A stretch of 64,000 nucleotides of DNA from Heteronotia binoei (taxonomy: Eukaryota), in NCBI RefSeq assembly GCF_032191835.1, contig NC_083237.1, positions 42,718,001 to 42,782,000 of the forward strand. Direction: 5' to 3'. Below are positions 12,525 to 25,420 of this stretch, in pieces. How positions within the stretch are numbered: position 1 is the stretch's first letter; each line of letters opens with the position of its first letter. Below the pieces are notes generated by a model. That model had not been told where the DNA came from and made no database searches. It saw nothing but the letters and a program-made list of their open reading frames with translations. The position numbers were made by a program, and so were the translations under genes.

Positions 12525-13855
12525 TGTAAGAAAATACCCCTAATTTCAGAACATCTTAGTCACCCGTCTGGTTGCCAGGGTGCCTGGAGACTTAACTCAC
12601 ACACATCTGCCAAGAGAACATGGGTTTTGTCTACCAGATTGGAAAGGACTTATGAGTATTAACAGCCACAACGTTACAGCAGCAGCACTCCTTGTTTCTG
12701 GAGGAGTGTTAGCCGGGAGAACAGATGGGTTCCAGTCATTCTGTGGGATCACTATCTTGGCCGTTGCAGTGGAAGAAGTTGCACTGCCAGGAGCTATCCA
12801 GGCAAGTGGTTTCCAGCCTTGACCATAGAATCCACCTTGGAAGGCTAACACTAGCAGCAGCTATCTTCCTGCAGTGCCAGACTCCTTTACAGTGAAGCGG
12901 GAGGCTCACGTACTCAACGGATGTCACCTATGATGAGGCCATCAAGCTTATCTTAGGCATGGATCCTAAGACCACCTAAGCCTTTGTCCAACGGAACCCA
13001 AGACAAAGACTGGTGCCAATGGAAGACTGAAGAAGAGGAAGAACATCTTCACCCAGAGCCAAGTTCCTTTGGGTAGACCGGGTGTTACCTTACGTAGCAA
13101 TTTGGCCATCTATTGTCACCTTTTTAGATAAGTTTGATAGTTTTAATGACCCCCCCACCCCAGTAATTTTTCACATTCTTTCCCTTAATGGCCATCCTGG
13201 AGCCTCCCCCTTCACCCATTGTTACCTGGAAGTCCAATCAGGTAACTAAGACCAAGTCTGCTCATTGGCCAGATATGAGCATCCAATCAAGGGCTGCCAA
13301 TTAACTTGCTAATGGCTACCGCATAAGTCCAGCCCTTATGGTCATTGCAGAGCCTCCCCTTTTCCTGAGGTCATGTAACAGCTGACCTCCTGTCATCCGC
13401 TCCTGTACCTCCCATCTCCTAAGGGTTCAAGGTAGTCCTTATAACCTGTGACAGGTGTGCATCTAGCTGTACCCCAGTTCAACTGTCTAGATACATCCCC
13501 GATTCCTGATCAGTTGAGGGTCCCTTTCCCCCTAGTCTTCGTCTGTTGCCATTAGAGCCTTCCTTGAAGACTACGATCAGTAATTATCACCCTGTTTGTC
13601 CATCCTTGTGTTGTCTCTGCAACTCTCTCTGTTTTTATTAGGACTGTATGTGTGTTGTATATTTTCATTGCCTTGTATGTGTGTGCTAGATTTTTCTGGA
13701 ATAAATTTTAATTGTTTTACTTAATTAGCGTCCATGGTAAATTTAAGCAATAATTTCTGGACGTGTATCCTGAATACATAGATTCTAGATCCTTTTTAAG
13801 CCAGGTGCCCACCTGTCAATTCCCCAACCTCGTTTTGAGGGCATTTTGGCTTACA
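12525..13855 (+). mobile_element. Long solo-LTR-like element (1.33 kb) nested in a TAGGGTTGCCA MITE
   Basis: Begins TGTAAG and ends CTTACA, with AATAAA near 13700. An inverted, internally deleted copy lies at 30231-31204. TSD not clear. Confidence 0.6.
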
Positions 13856-15012
13856 TGCCTGTGTAGGGCCACTCTAGGCATTTCTGGGGAAACTCTATGA
13901 TGTCCATCATGGGATGCTCTCAAACAGCAACTCTGAATCCCTTGCCCAAAAAAACTGGGAGCCAACTAGAGACTGTTTCCATGACTTTCCAAGAAACAGG
14001 AGAAAGGGTTTTAAGGGGGATTTGCCACTCAAAAACAATTCCTTTGGGGGCTCCAAATCCTCACAGAGTATTTGGGTGCAGAAACATGCAAGTGGTGATT
14101 CAAAATCCTGGGGTGAAGATCCATTTAGTCACACATCACTGACTGATTTTTTTTTTTTTAAAGGATGCAAAAACAGAAGGGAAGGTTCAGACTTCCCAAA
14201 TGGGTAGACTTCACAACAGGGGAGTTCAGACAGCAGGAAATGCAGGGTGAAAGTGCTGACATTCATAAAAACTGGACTTTCCCCAGTGTCAAATAACAAC
14301 AATTTGAAGACAGGTCAAAACAGGGTGCCAATGACTGGGTGATGGGAGGCAGATGTTGCTGTCTGTGCACTTAAATCCAGAAGGGAACAACAATGACATT
14401 GGATCAAACTGCTCATCTGACTACAGACCTTGAAAGACCAAAGTTGATCTTCTCACACGGGAAGGCAATGGCAAACCTTGTCTGTAGGTTTCTTAAAAAC
14501 CCTACAAGACTACCGTGTCAGTTATGACTTGACTACACTTTATACACCCACAAAGTTGTGGGGGAGGACTCAGCAGCAGTTTTGACCCCAGAAGCTTATA
14601 TTTGTGGAGGCTTCTTTATTCTCTCATCCACTTCTGACTGACCCCAATATCCTTCTATGGAAATTCACATTTAAGAACACAAGAAGAGCTCTGCTGGATC
14701 ATACCATTGGGCTCTCAAGTCCAGCATTCTAGACTCATGTAAGAGGCAACTAGTTTCCCTGGAAAGCTAACAAACGGCATAGAGGTCAAGGTCTTCTCCT
14801 AAGGTTCCTCCTAGCACTGGGTTTCAGATGTTTCCTGCCTCTGAATAGGAAAGTTCCTTTTACTCATCATGACTAGTAGCCATCTCCTCCATGAACCTGT
14901 CTAACTGCCTTTTAAAGCAATCTACACTTGTGACCATAACTACACCCACTGGCAGTGAATGCCATAATTTAATTACTTGTTAAATAAAGAAGTGTTTTCT
15001 TTTGTTTGTTCA

Positions 15013-15211
15013 TAGGGCTGCCAAGCAAGGTCTGGGCAAGGAATCCCCTGCCTGGGAGGTTCCCAACCTTCCTCCTATAATGCCTAGAGCAGCTCCACAT
15101 GGGAGCTGCCACTTTTATGACATCACTTCTGGGTGATGTCATCATGCCATGCATGTGCTTCGTGTGCAAGAAAGTCCCCCACTCCAGGAAGCAGGGGACT
15201 TGGCAACCCTA
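15013..15211. mobile_element. hAT-like MITE, TAGGGTTGCCA family
   Basis: TIRs tagggctgcca...tggcaacccta; TSD tttgttca/tttgtcca. Confidence 0.75.
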
Positions 15212-15221
15212 TTTGTCCATC

Positions 15222-15480
15222 CATTGGTTATCCCTGAGTGTAATATTATGAGAGAGGGAGAAAAAGCTCTCTATTTCAATTTCTTCCACCCCATGCATGA
15301 TTTTATGAAGTTCTACCATGTCTCCCCTCAGCCTTCTTTTTTCTAAACTGAAAAGTCCCAGACTCTTCAGCCTTTCCTCATAAGAAAGGTGAGCCAACTA
15401 CTTAATTGACTTGTTTGCCCTCTTCTGTACTTTCTTCAGGACCTTCTCCAGGATTGCAATATCCTTTCGGAGATATGGTG
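15222..15480 (-). mobile_element. CR1 LINE ORF2 C-terminal fragment
   Basis: Translation [24 protein letters not shown] is the hallmark CR1 ORF2 C-terminus. Confidence 0.85.
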
Positions 15481-15630
15481 ACACACAAAAAGATAGGGAA
15501 ATACTGGAACACCGCAGAAGAATTTACTTCTCAACAGTAGAAGAAAGCATGTCATTAAAAAAACAGTTGGACCTTTGGGACCAGTTATAAAGTGCATATA
15601 TGTAGAAGCATAAGAACTACATTCACATAC

Positions 15631-15741
15631 CTGTAACTGTGTTCTCTGAACATTTATTGGGTTCACTGGTGATGTGTCGATCATTGGGGTTTAGGGGTTT
15701 TGGAGCATGCTGTTGGGTTGTGGGAGCTGGGGTGGTTGTCA
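15631..15741 (-). CDS. CD8A: CD8 alpha hinge/stalk exon ((V)TTTPAPTTQQHAPKPLNPNDRHITSEPNKCSENTVT)
   Basis: 111-nt phase 1-1 exon (ttcttcacag|...|gtatgt). Thr/Pro-rich stalk beginning TTTPAP with one Cys. Confidence 0.92.
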
Positions 15742-15974
15742 CTGTGAAGAAAATCAATTAGCAGACTTCATGGGCGTTGCAAGATATGAAGAGAAAGAAA
15801 AATGTGATTAAGCACCAACACCCTTTTAATTTAATTATTTATTAATAGCCCTCCTTTCTCACTGAGACTCAAGGCGGGCTACACAGCATAAAATGATCAA
15901 CTCGGATGGAAGATCAGGTAGGAACTTTTTTGCATCTCCTACAGTAGCTATTAAAGGTTCTTGAAAGAGCTTAC

Positions 15975-16316
15975 CTGGCAGGAAGACTGGGAGCCTTTTG
16001 CTGAGGTGTAAGGCTTGGTTGTGAAGGACACTGCAGCTATAAATGCCTTCATCTTTAGCCTTGAATGCTTTCACTGTCAGTTTGTAACTGCTGCCACTTT
16101 TTGAGATTTCATAGTCTTGATTATCTGGTACTGGTTTTGACCTTGAACTAACGTATAAGATGGATTTGGGACTGTGGTCATTTTTCTGAAGGATCCAGTA
16201 TACCCCAGCATCTGAATATTTTGCTTCACAATCCAGTTCCACCCGGGCATTGATGGCTTCAGGAGGTTTACTAATCATCTTAATTTTCATAGTAATAATT
16301 TGGGAGCTGCAGTAGC
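15975..16316 (-). CDS. CD8A: CD8 alpha Ig V-set exon
   Basis: 342-nt phase 1-1 exon (tctctccccag|...|gtaagc). Contains B-strand Cys (VELDC), C-strand Trp (GVYW), DEGIYSC and the CD8A-like end NQALHLS...PVFLP. Confidence 0.95.
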
Positions 16317-17892
16317 CTGGGGAGAGAAGAGACATCCAAAGAGCTTGTTTTACACACTGCTGTCAAAGCTTGGCTAACCTTTTCTCTCAATCTGGCCCAA
16401 TTTCCATTCTAACTACAGACCCTATCCCACATGACTTTTCTGCCTTGAGAAACCACGATCCTGGGTAAACCCTTTTTGGGTGATCAGAGTTCCTCCTTCC
16501 CTTTTCACTGATAGAAAGGCTGGGAAGACTCAACTTGTTGTTCTCAAGGTCTGATTAAATGTTTATTTCATTTATACCCACTTTCATCCCCAGTGTGGTC
16601 AAAGTGGCTTAAAATATAACCTCCTCCTCATTTTATGCTCACAACAACCCTGTGAGGTAGGTTAGGTGGGTGACTGGCTCTAGGTCATCTGAACAGCTTC
16701 CATAGAACTGTGGAGATCTGAACCTGGGTCCCCCAGATACTAGTCTGTCACTCTAACTAGTGCACCATGCTGGCTGTCATTGAAAGAAACAAATCTTTTA
16801 AGCACATTAACACATTTGGTCTGCTGACTGATCCTGAAATGTAAAGCAGCACTATATGTAAAAGTACTGATCCACCCATCCTGATGCAGGTGAACCTGCA
16901 TTGCAAAGGAGTCTCCCTTAACTTTCCATAATTAGAAGGATTCTCTTACAAATTTATCTCCTGTTTTGATGTATTTATTGCTTCAACTTGTTCCCCCTTA
17001 GTTAAATCCATGCAGTTGTTGACCCCATACACTTAACCTGTTGTTCCTGTTTGATTCCTTGCTTTGTTCAACGGCTTCAGACCAATACACCTGCCCACTT
17101 GGATCTATCTTCATCATGTTATATCAGCTTGAGTGGTTTGTTTCCATCTTATTATATCTGAAGAAGCATGTGTTACACACGAAAGCTCATCCTTCTCTTA
17201 CTACAAGGCCTATTGTAAGTTCTCGGAGGATTGGCTGCTTCGGGGGGCGGGAGGTGGGGTGAAGCTCAATATGAAAAAGAGTTCCTGCTACAAAAAAAGG
17301 CCCTGGTTGGTCTTAAAGGTGCCACTGGACTCTAACTTTATTCTATTGCTTCAGACCAACATGTCTGCCCACCTGGATCCATATAACCCTTAACCCTTTT
17401 AGGGTAAAGGCATTATTCCACTGAAGAAAGCAACTCAACCATAAATATATTTATCTGATGCAAACTCAGTGTATTTCAGTGGGATTTTCTTCCAGGTAAG
17501 GATCCCAGCCAGGTAGCAGATCTTGTCTGTCTAGTCCAACCACTGTAGTATGGATGCTAGTTTGTACCTTGGCAGTTTAGCAGCTGTTTCAATGTAACAT
17601 AGAATTGAAATACTTTTGCCTGTCAATTTAAAATTGTTGGGATCCAACCAAATTTTCTGTTGATATAAAAGGGAGAGGAGTTCATTTTTACCATTCAAAT
17701 TCTCCCTGCTGAGGATCATGAAACTGCTGGGGATCATGGGACTTGCATGGGCAAAACTTAGTTGGAGGGCTGTTTTAATAGGTATAATCACGAAAGCTAG
17801 CTGGATCCCATCCAATGATAAAATAAAGAAATAGCCTTATAGCTGTAGCTTCAGAGAGAAGCTGTGTTGATCTGCAGGATTCCAAGACTGAT

Positions 17893-18170
17893 GGTGATGG
17901 AGGAGAAGGAGAAGGAGATTTATACCCTGCCCTTTACTCAGAGTCTCAAAGTTGCTTACAATCTCCTTTTTTTCTTCTCCCTACAACAGACACCTTGTAA
18001 GATAGGTAGGACTGAGATAGCTCTTTTGAGAACTCCTCTTGAGAGAAAGCTCGAAGACTACTATGATAGGCCCACGGTCACCCAGCTAGCTGCATGTGAA
18101 GGAGCGGGGAATCCAACCCAGTTCTCCCAGATAAGAATCCATGCAATTAACCACTACACCAACCGGCTCT
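17893..18170 (-). mobile_element. Sauria-type SINE
   Basis: Head (reverse complement agagccggttggtgtagtggtt), body and (ctcctt)n tail. Confidence 0.7.
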
Positions 18171-18289
18171 CCAGATGCCTGTATCCTCCATGGTGCTTCA
18201 GAAAGGTCATCCACCAAATAAAAAAAAATTAGTTTATCAACTGTTTGCCTGCACATCTATTAACTGTGTGTGTGAAGTGCCTTCAAGGC

Positions 18290-18445
18290 ACAGCCAATTT
18301 ATAGCAACCCCAGCAAAGAGATTTCAAGGCAAGTGAGAAGCAGAGATGCTTTGCCATTGCCTTCCTCTGCAGAGTCTTTCTTGGTATATTTCCGAGAAGT
18401 GACACTGCTTAGCTTCTGAGATCTGATGAGAATGGGCTATGCCAT
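18290..18445 (-). mobile_element. 5S-derived SINE fragment with RTE-like tail
   Basis: Reverse complement ctcatcagatctcagaagctaagcag is 5S rRNA-like and is followed by aggaaggcaatggcaaagc. Confidence 0.5.
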
Positions 18446-18839
18446 GCCCAGTTCCCTCCCACATGTTTACATTAATTCAACATGTGTAATATTTTTAAGG
18501 ATCTTTAGTTATGCTAAGTTCACTTGAATAAATTACACAGATGTCTTATTTCTGGTATGCAATCCTCATTTAAAACTCAGTGGCCGTGGTCTAGCATGTT
18601 AAAACTGATTTCAGGGGTCCTGGACTCTCCTGTACAACCTTGTTCTTCACTGTAGCTACAAATCAAAGATTTGGTTGAAAGAAAAACTCACAAGCAAAAT
18701 TGAGCGTTCTTGGACTGGGGACAATCTGTTCTACTAATCCATAACAAATGCTTTAAGTCCTCAGAACCAAACATTAATATTTTCATATCTTATTTGAAAG
18801 CCTTCCTGTTTCCAGTTTTACTACCCTGTGCCATTCTGT

Positions 18840-19328
18840 TAGGGTTCCCAAGTCCAATTCAAGGAATATCTGGGGACTTTGGGGGTGGAGCCAAGAGACT
18901 TTGGGGTGGAGCCAAGAGCAAGGTTGTGACAAGCATAATTGAACTCCAAGGGAAATTCTAGCCTTCACATTTAAAGGGACCAAACACCTTTTAAATGCCT
19001 TCTCTCCATTGGAAATAATGAAGGACAGGGCTCATAGAACTGGACCCCCTGGTTCAATCTTTTTGAAACGTTGAGGATGTTTTGAGGAGAGGCACCGGAT
19101 GCTATGCTGCAAAATTTGGTGTCTCTGCCTCAGAAAACAGCCCCCAGGGCCCCAGATACCCACAAAGCAATTCTCCACTATACCCTATGGAAATTGGTAT
19201 CCATACAGAATAATGGAGTGCCCAGCAGACATTTCTCTTGCCCTGCCCGCTTTCTGATGACCCTGAAGTTGGGGAGGGCCCTCCAAACCGAGGGATCCCC
19301 TGCCCCCACCTAGGGATTGGCAACCCTA
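18840..19328. mobile_element. hAT-like MITE, TAGGGTTGCCA family
   Basis: TIRs; 8-bp TSD cattctgt/ccttctgt; closely similar to 48276-48795. Confidence 0.8.
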
Positions 19329-20037
19329 CCTTCTGTGTCACCGTAATGAGATTATACAGCATATCCCTTTCTACAAATGTGTGTTTATCCCCAAAACTAC
19401 AGATGCATCTCAAGTCCTCTTATTTCACTGGTGTTGTAGATACAACCAAGCTGTGCTCACAAGCTGAGTTTGAAATTGATTCTTTAAAAAAGTTAAAAAC
19501 CATTTGAAAGAGGGGTCATTGCTCGTACCATGGGTACATATCCCAATTTCTCTTCAGGCAAATAGGTTTCAGAAGGTTTTTGTAATATTAAAAACACAAA
19601 CCACTTTGTCTGGCAGCAAAAGTAGGAGAAAAGATCATTTATCTTCTTGTCCTTTACTCTGCTAAGCATTATACATATTGGTGGTGAGAAGTAATGAATA
19701 AATAAATGAACAAACAGTGGCTCTCTCAAATTATTTTTAGTTCTGCCTCTTTCCTGAATACACAGCTCATACGACAGAACTGCAGTACTTGTCCTTAAGC
19801 CAAGAAATTCAGTTTCAGTTTATTTTGGAAGCTCATTTTAAAAAATCTTACTTCATTTTTAATATATTCACTCTCTTTGTTCACTATTAATTAATAATTT
19901 CCCTTGTCACTAGTTATTTAGTTTGGCCTTCCTGTCAAATAGCTCCGTTCAAATGACATATCAAATTATTGCACAAAGTTTGAGTCCTTTTGCACCTTTA
20001 AGACCAACAGAATTTTGTTCAAGGAATAAACTTTTGT

Positions 20038-21447
20038 CAAAAGAGAGAGGTGGATTCCAATTACCAGATCTAAAATTGTATCATGAAGCAGTTTGTTTAG
20101 TATGGATGAAAGAATGGATAACATTGTTAAATAAAAAACTTTTAGTGTTGGAAGGCCACGGAAATAAATTTGGCTGGCATGCATACTTGTATTATGGAAA
20201 AAAGAGGATGGATGGTCTTTTCTTTCACCATTATATAAGAAGTAATCTATTAAATACATGGATAAAGTATAAGAAATATGGTGATGAGAGGAGACCTTTA
20301 TGGATAGTGCCAGCCGAAGTGATAAAGATAACGGCTAAAACAGCCGAAAAAAAATGGCTATCATATAATCAGCTATTAAAAATACAAAGTGGAAAAATAG
20401 AACTGAAAACTGCTGAAGAATTGAGTTACAAATATGATTGGTTTCAAATGCAACAAATAAAAAGTTTGGTGGAGAATGATATTAAAACCGAAGGAATGAA
20501 AGAACAAACAGAAATGGAAAGAGTTCTGCTCGGAGATAATGAGAAATTAATTTCAAAAGTATACAAATTACTTTTACAATGGTCTACAGAAGATGAAGTA
20601 GTGAAATCTCAAATGATAACATGGGCAATTAATGTAAATAAAGATGGAATCTTGGGAATATTTGTGGAAGAACTCTATGAAATTCGCAACATGCCAAAGG
20701 ATTAAAGAAAATTGTTTTAAGATGATGTATAGATGGTACATGACTCCAAAAAAATTAGCAAAGATGAACAACAAGATGCCAGACAGGTGTTGGAAATGTA
20801 AAAAGCATGAAGGTTCTTTCTGCCATATGTGGTGGACTTGTGAAAGAGCTAAAATGTTTTGGCAAATGATTCAGCAAGAGATTTCTAAGATTTTGGGATA
20901 TGAATTTAACAAAGTTGCAGAGACTTTTCTGCTGGGATTACAAATGGAAAAATTTCCAAAAGAAGATAGAACTTTAATATGGTACTTGCTCTCAGCTGCT
21001 AGGACATTGTATGCACAGCTGTGGAAGCAAGAAAAAATACCAGAGAAATGGGACTGGATTATAAAAGTTATGTCATGGAGTGAAATGGACCAATTAACAA
21101 GAAAATTAAGAGACTATGATTTGGAGCTTTTTAAGTTGGAGTGGAAGAAGTTCAGAAGATATGTAGAAAAAGAGTGGAAAATAAAAGGACGTTGGACAAT
21201 TTTTGATAATGATTAAGTTTTTCATTTTTTAAAACAAAAGTATAATTTTGTTTTTTTAATAGTTAAAGGTACCTTTAATATTTGGTTTTTTTTAAGTAAA
21301 TAACACTGGTGGGGTTAAGTAACGAGGGGAGGGGTGGGGGAAAAGTAAGATATGGGGTAGAAGAATTTCTCTTTTTTAAGTCTTTATAAGATGTAGATAT
21401 AGTTTTGCTACCATATGTTACTAATAAAAATAGTTTATTACATAAAA
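20038..21447 (+). mobile_element. 5'-truncated L1 LINE in CD8A intron 1 (antisense to CD8A)
   Basis: ORF2 C-terminus with CWKC...HMWWTC knuckle in two overlapping frames. 3'UTR with AATAAA. Perfect 17-bp TSD AAGGAATAAACTTTTGT (20021-20037 and 21448-21464). Confidence 0.92.
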
Positions 21448-21722
21448 AAGGAATAAACTTTTGTGTGCACACACTCTTCTTCAGATCTTAAATTACCATT
21501 ACTAATGACACAAAGTGGCACATTTTCAATGCAGATTCAATGCAATGCAATTAGCTCTGTGACATTTTGTGAGCTTCTTTAGACCTCCACACACACATAC
21601 TGCTACCCCAACAGTGCTACTTTAAGAACTCTCTTTTCAGAGTATGCTCCATTCAATACACTTAAACAGGATTCTGAGTAGACCAGCTTTGAATTGCTCA
21701 CTAAGATGCCTAGCAAACTGCC

Positions 21723-21868
21723 NNNNNNNNNNNNNNNNNNNNNNNNNNNNNNNNNNNNNNNNNNNNNNNNNNNNNNNNNNNNNNNNNNNNNNNNNNNNNN
21801 NNNNNNNNNNNNNNNNNNNNNNNNNNNNNNNNNNNNNNNNNNNNNNNNNNNNNNNNNNNNNNNNNNNN
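21723..21868. other. Assembly gap (N run)
   Basis: Run of N; further gaps at 24148-24287 and 26010-26148. Confidence 1.
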
Positions 21869-22800
21869 GTCTCATGACCAGAATCCAGTATAAACATAAT
21901 ATGAAAAAATAAAAACAGACATAAAATAGACATCAAAATTTAAGAACTTTTAAAATGCAATTCCTGCAGTCTAAGAATTAATGCACAAAACTCAGCAATT
22001 GAATGCGTAATCTCTGAATTCTTATCTGATAGGAACCAATTAAGTCTTGCCTTGTTTTTATTAATATAAGCAGATCTCCTATTGACTAATGGAGTAAAAA
22101 TTCTAAAATGAGCCTCCCTATAATATGGGCAACTGAAAAAGATATGCTCTACAGATTCAACCTCACTTAGAAGGCATGAGCATAGCCTTTCAGAATAGGG
22201 GATTTTATTGTACCTGCCTTGCATAACTGCAGATGGAAGGGCAGAACATCTAGCTAGAGCAAATGCCCTTCTAAAATTTCTTCCTTCCAATGAAGTCAGA
22301 TATGATGCCAGCTCAATAGTGCTTTTGATATTTAACAACACCCCAAGTTTGGATGCACTAGAGATATCAGACTGTCGCTCTATGTCCTCAGTTCTATGTT
22401 TAATTAGCCCTTTAGCTTGTCCAAGTCCATAAGATAAGAGTAACTGAGGTGAAAAACCAATTCTATAAGTATGGCTGTGGACTGCCTTGAGCCAACTGGA
22501 TTGGAAATCATCCTGGAAAATCAAAGGAAACAGGCCTTGTGGGTTAAAATGACCTTTCAAGCACATATAGATGGATAGAATACAAACCCTAGCTTCAAAC
22601 CTGAGATTACCAGACTCCAGTCGTATCCAAGCATTGGATACGCAGTTTGGAACTTGCAGAACAGCTCTTAGAAATTTGGACTGAACTATTTCTTGTGGGG
22701 CAAAGCATGAGGAGGGTGGCCCTAGAAACATTCCATAGAGCAGTTGTGCCAATGATTTGGCCTTATATAACTTCAGGGCCACCGTGAGTTTGAAAAAATT
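21869..22800 (-). mobile_element. RTE-X-like LINE 3' fragment in CD8A intron 1
   Basis: 280-aa ORF 21940..22782 with post-RT segments (ALKLYKAKSLAQLLYG, QSKFLRAVL) and C-terminal GRYNKIPYSERLCSC...EHIFFSC zinc-finger-like motif. Confidence 0.7.
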
Positions 22801-22817
22801 TCAGTATGGCATTTGCT

Positions 22818-22852
22818 GATAGATAGATAGATGATAGATTGATAGATAGATA
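22818..22852. repeat. (GATA)n microsatellite
   Basis: gatagatagatagatgatagattgatagatagata, about 50 bp into CD8A intron 1. Confidence 0.9.
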
Positions 22853-22900
22853 TTAACAAACATGAGGAAAAACGACCAACCATGGTGGTACCCTACTCAC

Positions 22901-22943
22901 ACAGAATCAGACTGAGCCTCAGGATAGAAGAAACTCTGACCAT
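22901..22943 (-). CDS. CD8A: CD8 alpha leader exon (MVRVSSILRLSLIL)
   Basis: ATG...CTG T|gtgagt donor, phase 1. Joined to the V exon it gives the signal peptide MVRVSSILRLSLILCYCSSQ. The six exons total 687 nt (228 aa plus stop) with no internal stops. Confidence 0.78.
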
Positions 22944-22994
22944 TTTCTCTTTTTGCAAGCTGGTTTCAAAGGCAGGCAGAACCAAGGCTATCTG

Positions 22995-23040
22995 AAGGCA
23001 GATGGAGCAGGATCTACTTAGTGGAAAGGATGTGGTGTCA
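22995..23040 (-). promoter_or_regulatory. Putative CD8A proximal promoter motifs
   Basis: E-box CAGATG (22999-23004) and RUNX site TGTGGT (23031-23036) within 100 bp of the ATG. Short motifs also occur by chance. Confidence 0.3.
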
Positions 23041-24287
23041 GCAGCCCCCCTAACGGAAGAGAAGTTTCTCTGTTTGCTCTTTATGGTGAACTAGAAATGA
23101 GCAAGACGAATCATGAAGAATTCCCAATTTGAATGAATTTATTGTCAGCAATCATTTTTTTCACTTTGCAATCAGACAGCTTTGATTATACTTGAAAATG
23201 CCAATTTCCATGTTGGTCTTCTTGTAAAGCCCAAAAGATGAGGAGGATGTGGAGGCAGATTGGGCTCCTGATTTGGTGAAGCAAAGCCTTTATCTGATGC
23301 TGGCAGGAAAAAAAATCCTCAGGCTGACAGAATGGGGATTTGTAGAAAGAGAACTGTAACACATCTGGATCCACAAAGACTGTTCTTGCAAGGGCATGAT
23401 GATAATAATTGCAAACATGAAAAATAAAAGAGAAAATTAGTGAACAATCACTGCAAAGGGAAAAACAAAACTTAATGTCTCTCCTCCCTCTCCCAATAAA
23501 GAACTAATTAAAGATCATGACTTTTAGCCATTGTGATTAAGTAGAAAATAAGAAGGGCTGCAGAAACAATACAAAAAGCAGGAGCAAAATTTAAAGGGTC
23601 TGTGGGCCAGTATATAGTTTTGCCACTCTGCCCTGGATAGACTAGCACTACAATGGCACTGAACCAGCTTATTCTACTATGCAGCCAGTATTTCCATAGT
23701 TTCTGTAGATCCCTGCTCCTACAAAAGTATATATAACAAGTGGCCTAATGAACCAAGGAATGTGTACGCATTTATGCCATCTAGAATAAAACCTAGGATA
23801 CATGGGTAACAACCAATTTGGAATAATAGAAGTCAAAGGGCATTGAATAAAATAGAAGAATTTTTGTTTCAGTGCCTTACCAATAAATCTTCCTAGAGAA
23901 TAGTCCTGAAAGGTTTCTGATGAGATGATGGTGTTGTCTTAAAATTTGTGATTCTCCAAAGTGCCTCTAAAAAAAAAAAAGCCTACATGTTCTGACTTTT
24001 TTGCAGTAGGTAGTAGGAAAGTCAGAGCATGCTCATAACCAAAAAGAGTTGAGAGAGAAAGCAACAAACAGCAAAGACCAAAGCAGATTTACAGGTGCTT
24101 CCAGTAAAAAACAGTTGACCAGCACTCATTATGAGTCAAAGAACATANNNNNNNNNNNNNNNNNNNNNNNNNNNNNNNNNNNNNNNNNNNNNNNNNNNNN
24201 NNNNNNNNNNNNNNNNNNNNNNNNNNNNNNNNNNNNNNNNNNNNNNNNNNNNNNNNNNNNNNNNNNNNNNNNNNNNNNNNNNNNNNN

Positions 24288-25420
24288 TCCCCGCCGAAGC
24301 AGGCTCAGGGCGGCTCACAGACATGGAGAATATCATGATTACAACAATACATTGTACAGTAAAATACATTAAAATCAATTAAATTAATTAATTAATTAAT
24401 TAATTAAAACCATTACACTTACAATTAAGGTGCTATAGTACAAAACCTATCGGATGTATGTCAGATGGCTGGATGTCATTTCAAGATTCAGTCTTGAAAG
24501 GCCATTTGAAAAAGGGTGGTTTTACAGGCCCTGCGGAACTGATTGTAGTCCCGCAGGGCTCGAACCTCCGCTGGTAATTGGTTCCACCAGTGAGGAGCCG
24601 TTACTGAGAAGGCCTGCTCTCGAGTTGTTTTCAATTTGGCCTCCCTTGGTCCAGGGATTTTTAAAAGATTTTGGGAGCTAGATCTCAGTGCTCTCTGGGG
24701 AATATATGGAGAGAGGCGGTCCCTAAGGTAGGCAGGTCCTCGGCCATATAGGGCTTTAAAGGTAATAACCAGCACCTTGTAATGAACTCGGAACACAATT
24801 GGCAGCCAGTGCAGCTCCCGCAGCCTAGGCTGCACGTGCTCCCACCATGGTAGTCCCACTAACAGCTTGGCCGCTGCATTCTGCACTAGCTGCAGTTTCC
24901 GAGTTCGGTACAGGGGCAGCCCCATGTAGAGGGCATTACAGTAGTCCAACCTCGAGGTGACCGTTGCATGGATCACTGTTGCTAGGTCGCCATGTTCCAG
25001 GAAAGGGGCCAACTGCTTCGCCCTCCTCAGATGGAAAAAGGTGGCTTTGGCAGTGGCAGCTATCTGTGCCTCCATTGTCAAAGGAGGCTCCAGTAGCACT
25101 CCCAAGCTTTTGACCCTGCGCACTGGTATCAGTGACGCACCGTCAAAGGCTGGTAGGGAGATCTCCTCCCCTGGTCCACCGCGGCCCATGCAAAGGACCT
25201 CTGTCTTCACTGGATTCAACTTCAGCCCACTCGACTTGATCCATCCTGCCACGGCTTGCAACGCTCGGTCCAGGTTTTCAGGGACGTCTCCAGTCCAGTC
25301 GCCCATCAGTAGATAGAGCTGGGTGTCATCAGCATACTGGTGACAGCCCAGCCCATACCTCTGGGCAATCTGGGCAAGGGGGCTCATGAAGATGTTAAAC
25401 AGCATCGGGGAGAGGACTGC
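24288..25420 (-). mobile_element. L2-clade LINE, 5'-truncated
   Basis: 305-aa ORF with YADDTQLY, RLDYCNALY, LQLVQNAAA and LHWLP. The 3'UTR ends in the gagccgccctgagcc tail next to a gap. Confidence 0.93.
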
